In this document: piece by piece, positions 35,919 to 41,411 of the stretch
How the letters are laid out: each line of letters starts with the position of its first letter
Numbering within the stretch: the stretch's first letter is position 1
Assembly (NCBI GenBank): GCA_045118635.1
Contig: JBGUYI010000052.1
Span: 1-41,411, forward strand
Length of the DNA stretch: 41,411 nucleotides
Source of the DNA: Acetivibrionales bacterium
Lineage (GTDB): Bacteria > Bacillota > Clostridia > Acetivibrionales > RGIG10202
Direction of reading: 5' to 3'
Notes under the pieces: model-generated
Seen by the model: the letters and a program-made list of their open reading frames with translations, nothing else
What the model was told of the DNA's origin: nothing
The model's database searches: none
Position numbers and translations under genes: made by a program

Positions 35919-36798
35919 TACATTAAGGCGTATTGTAAGAGATGGATTAGAGAATTTGTACAAAGATAAAATTATGACACTAGCTTCTATAGCCATTGTT
36001 GTTGCTACGGTAGTTGTTTTTGGAATATTTTTAGCAACATTCGTAAATATAAAAGAGGCCAGTAATGATTTGAAGAAAATACCTGTAATAGAGGCTTTTT
36101 GTAATGAAAATTTAGATAATGAAAAAATAGATGAAATTGAGAAACAAATATCCAAAATAAAGGGTGTTGTTAGTTACAGAAAAATAGAAAAAGAGGAAGC
36201 CTTTAAAAAGGCACAGGATATTTTAGGGGATGATAAAAATATTTTAGATGGTATGAGTCCAGATTTTTTACCGATATCATTTAAAGTAAATGTTTTTAGT
36301 GGTGAGGATAGTCAAGCAATTGTTGAGGGTTTAAAAAGTATTGATGGTATTGAAGAAATAAAATGGTTCCAAAAGGAAATAGATACGGTAGATACTGTTA
36401 TACATATAGTTAATTTTTTTGGTGGAATATTTGTTTTAGTATTTTTTGTTATTTCATTAGGGATAATAGTTAATACTATAAAACTTACCGTTAATGCAAG
36501 AAGAAGGGAAATAAGTATAATGAAGTATGTAGGAGCATCCGATATATTTGTTAGAGGACCATTTATTATAGAGGGTGTTGTGATTGGTATTATAGGAGCT
36601 GTTCTAGCGTTTTTTATAGTTGGACATGGGTATATTATATTGACTTCTAGAATTATGAATAGTTTACCTGATTTAGGGGTAGTATTACTAAAAGATATAA
36701 TAAACGAGAGTTTGCTGCTATACATATTGTTAGGAAGTGTATTAGGAGCCATAGGAGGAATATTCTCAGTTCAGAAATATTTAAGAGAATATAGTTAA
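35908..36798 (+). CDS. ftsX: Cell division permease-like protein FtsX
   Basis: An N-terminal TM helix, a large extracellular loop and three C-terminal TM helices. It overlaps the end of ftsE by 11 nt. Confidence 0.85.
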   Translation: MKISTLRRIVRDGLENLYKDKIMTLASIAIVVATVVVFGIFLATFVNIKEASNDLKKIPVIEAFCNENLDNEKIDEIEKQISKIKGVVSYRKIEKEEAFKKAQDILGDDKNILDGMSPDFLPISFKVNVFSGEDSQAIVEGLKSIDGIEEIKWFQKEIDTVDTVIHIVNFFGGIFVLVFFVISLGIIVNTIKLTVNARRREISIMKYVGASDIFVRGPFIIEGVVIGIIGAVLAFFIVGHGYIILTSRIMNSLPDLGVVLLKDIINESLLLYILLGSVLGAIGGIFSVQKYLREYS

Positions 36799-36816
36799 AT
36801 GAGATAAAGAGGAGGA

Positions 36817-37974
36817 ATGGTGTACGTGAGAATTAAAAAGCTGAGTGTAGTTTTAGCTTGTGCTATTTTATTTAGTGGATTGGTTGTTGGCAAAGCAGAA
36901 ATAGCATTAGCAGCTAAAAATGGTGAAGAATTAAAAAAACAAGGGAACACGATAGATAAAAAAATAAAAGAAGTAAAACAACAAAAGAAAGTAGAAAAGA
37001 GAAAATTAGAAGACGCAAAAAGACGGAGTAATAAATTAAAGAAAGAAGAAAAGGAAGAAAAAAAAGAATATGAAGATCTTATGTCAGCCATAAATTCCAT
37101 AAAAAGAGAAGAGGAATTATTGAATAAGGCTATAAGTGAGGCGAAAGCTAGATGCGAAGAGCAAGAAAAGAAATTGCAAGTTAGGATAAGGGCTATTTAT
37201 AAAAATTCTAATATGTCTTATGTGAGAGCCGTGGCTGAGTCTAAAAGTTTTGCAGATCTTATGGGTAAGTTTAAAATAATAGCTAAAATTTCTAAAGCAG
37301 ACAAAGAACTTTTAGAAAGTATAAATAATGACAGATTAGATATTGAATTCAAAAAGAGACAAAAAGAAATAGAACGAGATAGTACAGCCAAAAAGGCGAG
37401 TGAAACAAAAAGAAATATGGAAAGAATTAAGACGTCTAGGGCAAAAGTAAATGATAGCATGGAACTTTTAAAAAAGAAATTAGATAGACTAGAAAGGCAA
37501 GAAGACGAATTAATAAAACAGTCAAGTGAGTTGTCAAAAAAGATAAGGGAGTTACAGGGAAGTTCAGTAAAATGTCAGGCAGGTAAGATGCTTTGGCCAT
37601 TGCCTAGTTCAAAGCGTATAACATCTCCATTTGGTACTAGAATTCATCCTATATTCAAGACAAAGAAGACTCATCATGGAATAGATATAGGCGCTAAAAT
37701 GGGAAGTTCGATACTTGCAGCTAAAAATGGTAAAGTTATAATAGCAGGTTGGCAAGGTGGATATGGAAATGTTATAATAATAGATCACGGAGGAGGAATA
37801 ACATCTGTATATGCACATTGTAGTAAACTCATAGCAAAGGTTGGACAAAATGTAAAAATGGGTGAAGTAATTGCTAAGGTCGGAAGTACAGGTTATTCAA
37901 CAGGTCCACATCTTCATTTTGAAGTAAGAAAAAATGGTACAGTTGTAAATCCGTTAAATTATACAAGTATGTAA
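36817..37974 (+). CDS. Coiled-coil M23 family murein DD-endopeptidase (EnvC/PcsB-like FtsEX partner)
   Basis: A signal sequence and a long K/E coiled coil are followed by the M23 motifs HHGIDI and GSTGYSTGPHLHFEV. Confidence 0.85.
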   Translation: MVYVRIKKLSVVLACAILFSGLVVGKAEIALAAKNGEELKKQGNTIDKKIKEVKQQKKVEKRKLEDAKRRSNKLKKEEKEEKKEYEDLMSAINSIKREEELLNKAISEAKARCEEQEKKLQVRIRAIYKNSNMSYVRAVAESKSFADLMGKFKIIAKISKADKELLESINNDRLDIEFKKRQKEIERDSTAKKASETKRNMERIKTSRAKVNDSMELLKKKLDRLERQEDELIKQSSELSKKIRELQGSSVKCQAGKMLWPLPSSKRITSPFGTRIHPIFKTKKTHHGIDIGAKMGSSILAAKNGKVIIAGWQGGYGNVIIIDHGGGITSVYAHCSKLIAKVGQNVKMGEVIAKVGSTGYSTGPHLHFEVRKNGTVVNPLNYTSM

Positions 37975-37976
37975 AA

Positions 37977-38001
37977 AGTAGCAATATTTTGCTACTTTTT
38001 T
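37977..38001 (+). terminator. Rho-independent terminator
   Basis: AGTAGCAA (37977-37984) pairs with TTGCTACT (37989-37996). The T-run is 37997-38001. Confidence 0.75.
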
Positions 38002-38062
38002 AATATAGAATTGATAAATATCATATAATATAAGTATTAAAAAATATAAGGGAGAAATAAAA

Positions 38063-39316
38063 GTGGAAGATGAAAATAAAATTGAATTAGAAAAAGATAA
38101 TAAAAATATAGACAATATTGGAAGAGGAACAAAAAGTAGAAGAACGATTATTGTATGTCTTATAGTATCATGTGTATTGAATATATATTTAATGTATATA
38201 TTTTTACATTCATTAAATTTTAGTCAAGATGGTTTAAAAATAAGAGATATACAAAAGTTAAATTTATTTAAAAGTATTATGACAAATTGTTATTATAAAG
38301 AGATAAATAAAGAAAAATTAGTTGAAAGTTGTATAGAAGGCATGACAAAATTGATGGATGATCCATATACTGTGTATCTTAAAAAAGAGGAAATGGAAGA
38401 TTTAAAACAAAAGACAGAGGGTAATTACAAAGGAATAGGCATTTCAATAAAATTAGGTGATGATAATTTAATAAATATAGTAGATGTATTTGATAATTCA
38501 CCTGCTAAAAAAGCGGGAATACAAATTGGAGATAAGATATTAAATATAAATGGAAAAGACATTACTAAAATAAAAGATGAACAAGAATATTTAAATTTAA
38601 TGAAAGACAAAGATAAAGAAATAGATATAAAAGTTTTGAGACCTAGCACGAATGAAAGAATAAGTTTTACATTAAAAGCAGATAATATAAAATTAGTAAA
38701 TGTAGAGAGTAAAATATTTGACAATGATATAGGTTATATAAAATTGAAAATGTTTGATAATGATGTGAGTAAGAAGTTTAAAGAGCATTTAGATAAATTA
38801 ACAGAAAAAAATATAAGAGGATTGTTGATAGATTTAAGGGATAATCCTGGTGGTGATTATAAAGAAGTTGTTAATATAGCAAGCTTTTTATTGTCAAAAG
38901 ATGATTTGATAGTATATACAGAGGATAGAAATAAAAAAAGAACTGAAGAATATGCAAAAGGTGAAGGCTTTGATTTACCAATAGGAATTTTAGTTAACGG
39001 AAATAGTGCAAGTGCTTCAGAAGTTTTATCTGGAGCGTTAAGAGATAATAATAAAGCATGGCTTTTAGGTGAAAAAACTTATGGAAAAGGTTTAGTTCAA
39101 GTGGTAGTAAATTTTAAAGATGGTTCAGGCTTAAAATTGACTACCGCCAAGTATTTTACACCATCTGGCGAATGTGTACAAGAAAAAGGATTGGAACCAG
39201 ATTACAAGGTAGAAGTGTCAAAGAATGAGGATAATTTAGTATTTCGAGGTTTAGAAGATAAAGATATACAATTAAAAGAAGCTTTGAAGATAATCAGGAA
39301 AGATATTTTAGATTAA
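38063..39316 (+). CDS. S41 family carboxyl-terminal processing peptidase
   Basis: A TM anchor and a PDZ-like segment (GISIK...V..SPAKKAGIQIGDKIL.ING) precede the catalytic-region motifs GNSASASE and TYGKG. The start is GTG. Confidence 0.85.
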   Translation: MEDENKIELEKDNKNIDNIGRGTKSRRTIIVCLIVSCVLNIYLMYIFLHSLNFSQDGLKIRDIQKLNLFKSIMTNCYYKEINKEKLVESCIEGMTKLMDDPYTVYLKKEEMEDLKQKTEGNYKGIGISIKLGDDNLINIVDVFDNSPAKKAGIQIGDKILNINGKDITKIKDEQEYLNLMKDKDKEIDIKVLRPSTNERISFTLKADNIKLVNVESKIFDNDIGYIKLKMFDNDVSKKFKEHLDKLTEKNIRGLLIDLRDNPGGDYKEVVNIASFLLSKDDLIVYTEDRNKKRTEEYAKGEGFDLPIGILVNGNSASASEVLSGALRDNNKAWLLGEKTYGKGLVQVVVNFKDGSGLKLTTAKYFTPSGECVQEKGLEPDYKVEVSKNEDNLVFRGLEDKDIQLKEALKIIRKDILD

Positions 39317-39597
39317 AACGTAAAGTGAAAAATTAGAAGAGATAAAAATTCGGTAAAGAATTTAAATGTGCACGGATTTAAGTATAAAAGTTGTAGATTT
39401 ATAAGAATTCTGTGCACAATAATATATTGATGAAACAGAGAAGATAATATTAAATTTTTTAAAAGTATTTATAGAAATTAAACAAAATCACAAGAGAGAA
39501 CATGATTGCATATATTGTGTATCAGAATTGGCTGTACTAGTAATTGTTGGTGTTTATTTTATGGTAAACAAATAACAATTGAGAAAGGAGTGAAAAA

Positions 39598-40422
39598 ATG
39601 ACAACTATTACCGTTGAAATTAGCGATAATTCATATACAAAAGTAAAAGAATTTTTAGATGAAAAGTATAAAGAATATTCGAAAGATATAAAGAAAAAAG
39701 AGATAGATAACAAGATAATATATTATACAGATAAATGTGAATATGAAAAATTTGTAACTATTATAACGGAACTTTTGACAAATTGTATAATAAATTTATA
39801 TGAAAATTACCTAATAGATAAAATAATAAATGACAAATATAAATGTTTTAATAAAATGGAAAGAGATAGGGTTGGTCAAATAACAATGAATCTTATATAT
39901 GAAGATAATGATGTTGTAGATAGGGTAATTGTTATAAGGAGAAAACTTTTTGTATGTGAACAATTAATGAAATATCTTGAAATTAATGAAAATATAATAT
40001 TAGAAGGTTTCATAAATTTTAGATTAAAGAATTATTTAAAAGATTTAGAATATATAATAGAAAAAGCAGCAGATATCTACGAAAAAGAAAAGGAGTATAA
40101 GGAATTTATAGATCTTTTGAAATATTTTGTTGAAGTTCAAGAACCTAAAATAGATGTCATTTATTTAACACTACACAAAAATGGAAAATTTGATATATGT
40201 GATAAATTTAAAAAAGATGTAAGCCATTTGTATTTAGAAGAAATGAAAGAGGATCTTTTAGACAATAAATTTTCAAATGAAGATATTTTATTGGGAGCAT
40301 TAATAACTATTTCACCAAAGAAAATAATATTAAACAATTCATATAAAGGATTATTAGAAAGTGACATAATTAAAACCATAGCTACGATATTTAAGCATAG
40401 GCTTCTTGTAGGGAAGTGGTGA
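39598..40422 (+). CDS. YtxC-like sporulation protein
   Basis: About 275 aa with the pattern EGFINFRLKNY...EKE.EY.EFI.LLKYFV..Q, typical of the YtxC family. RBS AAGGAG. Confidence 0.5.
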   Translation: MTTITVEISDNSYTKVKEFLDEKYKEYSKDIKKKEIDNKIIYYTDKCEYEKFVTIITELLTNCIINLYENYLIDKIINDKYKCFNKMERDRVGQITMNLIYEDNDVVDRVIVIRRKLFVCEQLMKYLEINENIILEGFINFRLKNYLKDLEYIIEKAADIYEKEKEYKEFIDLLKYFVEVQEPKIDVIYLTLHKNGKFDICDKFKKDVSHLYLEEMKEDLLDNKFSNEDILLGALITISPKKIILNNSYKGLLESDIIKTIATIFKHRLLVGKW

Positions 40423-40429
40423 TGCTAAA

Positions 40430-40480
40430 GTACTTCTTAAAAACAAAAAAATGATTTTTTGAGAAGTACGATATTTTTTA
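40430..40480 (+). terminator. Rho-independent terminator
   Basis: GTACTTCT (40430-40437) pairs with AGAAGTAC (40462-40469), with A/T extension inside. A T-run lies at 40475-40480. Confidence 0.55.
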
Positions 40481-40548
40481 GGATATATTTGAAAGAAATA
40501 ACAAGATTAGGGTGTTAAAATATATGAGGTAAGAAAAGGAGCAGTAAA

Positions 40549-41331
40549 ATGATTTACCTAAAGACATTTAAGTTAGAATGCGTAAAAAAGGGTAATATAT
40601 ATCCTTTTAATGTATTAAGGGATAATGTATTTGTGTTTGATAATATAACAGTTTTGTATGGTAACAATGGTTCAGGGAAGTCGACAATATTAAATATTAT
40701 AGCAAATAAATTAAAATTAAAAGGAAAAGAGAGAGTTGAAGGGAAATTTGATTATTTTGGGATGTATGTGTCAAAGTGTCAATATAGCCTAGGAGAGGAT
40801 GAAAATGGAAAGGAAATATATAAAATTCCTCAAAATAGCAGATATATAAAAAGTGAAGATATATTATATGAGGTAAAAAAAGTACAACAAGATGATATAT
40901 TAAAGAAAAGTATGAAGGTTAATTTAGCAAAAGAAGAGGGATATAGCTATTCTAAAAAATTTTGGCAGACAAAACATGGAAAAAAGCAAATTGCAAGGGT
41001 TAAATTTGCACGAGAGAAATTTTCAAATGGTGAAACTACTATAAAAATTTTAGAAGAAACAATAGAGCCTGGTGGATTATACCTTTTAGATGAACCGGAA
41101 GTATCATTATCACCACAAAATCAGGTAGAGCTTGCGCAAAAGTTAAATGAAATGGCAAGATATTTAGATGTGCAGTTTATAATAGCTACACATTCGCCAT
41201 TTTTGTTAGCAATATTAGATGCTAAAAAAATATATAATTTAGATACAAATGATTATAGAATACAAAGATGGTACGAGCTTCCTAATATAAGGTATTTGTA
41301 TCAATTTTTAAGAGAGCATATGGAATTATAA
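40549..41331 (+). CDS. Orphan AAA/ABC-type ATPase (AAA_21-like)
   Basis: Walker A GNNGSGKST, Walker B LYLLDEPEVSLSP and the H-loop ATHSPFLL. There is no transmembrane partner. The stop codon lies inside repeat copy B. Confidence 0.7.
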   Translation: MIYLKTFKLECVKKGNIYPFNVLRDNVFVFDNITVLYGNNGSGKSTILNIIANKLKLKGKERVEGKFDYFGMYVSKCQYSLGEDENGKEIYKIPQNSRYIKSEDILYEVKKVQQDDILKKSMKVNLAKEEGYSYSKKFWQTKHGKKQIARVKFAREKFSNGETTIKILEETIEPGGLYLLDEPEVSLSPQNQVELAQKLNEMARYLDVQFIIATHSPFLLAILDAKKIYNLDTNDYRIQRWYELPNIRYLYQFLREHMEL

Positions 41332-41411
41332 CGTAAGTACAGAGATGTCCCCCGCCTCTAAGCTTGAAAAAGCGTAGGCGGTGGGTACATATTTACAATT
41401 AAGTGGGAGTT
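41328..41411 (-). repeat. Structured GC-rich repeat element, copy B (3' part; remainder beyond the window edge)
   Basis: The reverse complement matches 8543-8626 at 80 of 84 positions. Two of the four differences (41385, 41383) convert U-G pairs of copy A into C-G pairs. Confidence 0.8.

Noticed and set aside
8627-41327. Treating the 32.7-kb segment between the inverted element copies as a composite transposon, prophage or genomic island.
   Set aside because: It contains core genes (fhs, dusB, zapA, ftsEX, spoVB, plsC, cwlD). It has no integrase, transposase or phage structural genes, and composition looks uniform with the flanks.

Overview
This is a 41.4-kb, strongly AT-rich chromosomal segment that looks like an endospore-forming Firmicute, probably Clostridia. 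The taxonomic guess rests on the cwlD, spoVB and ytxC-like genes, AGGAGG-type ribosome binding sites and TTGACA/TATAAT promoters. I support about 36 protein genes and one tRNA-Arg(ACG).

Most of the window is housekeeping:
- galU
- an ABC-2/GldG-like/DUF4340 transporter module
- cvpA, cwlD, plsC and an AI-2E transporter
- zapA, dusB, fhs and spoVB
- a BMP-family nucleoside-type ABC transporter with deoC
- an msmX-like ATPase and a PucR-type regulator
- ftsE, ftsX, an M23 peptidase and an S41 peptidase

The unusual content is mostly non-coding:
1. A roughly 470-nt GC-rich, densely helical intergenic block at 26600-27075. It looks like a large structured RNA that I cannot assign to any family.
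2. A roughly 205-nt highly structured element at 8421-8626. Its 3' 84 nt recur, inverted, at 41328-41411 with structure-preserving substitutions. The two copies bracket 32.7 kb.
3. A cluster of at least 12 DnaA boxes at 1014-1367, including three perfect TTATCCACA sites, far from any dnaA gene.
4. A possible small RNA convergent with the tRNA.

The main accessory protein content is a three-gene ankyrin-repeat cluster at 8.7-13.6 kb. Two of its genes share a roughly 95%-identical 3' end. The third is interrupted exactly at an A_AAG_GGG heptamer, and the repeats continue in the -1 frame. Other accessory genes are a NERD-domain protein, an EndA-like lipoprotein nuclease, a LURP-one-like protein and an orphan AAA/ABC-type ATPase.

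I saw no CRISPR array, transposase, integrase or rRNA. All coordinates, helices and identities were worked out by hand, and no database was consulted.
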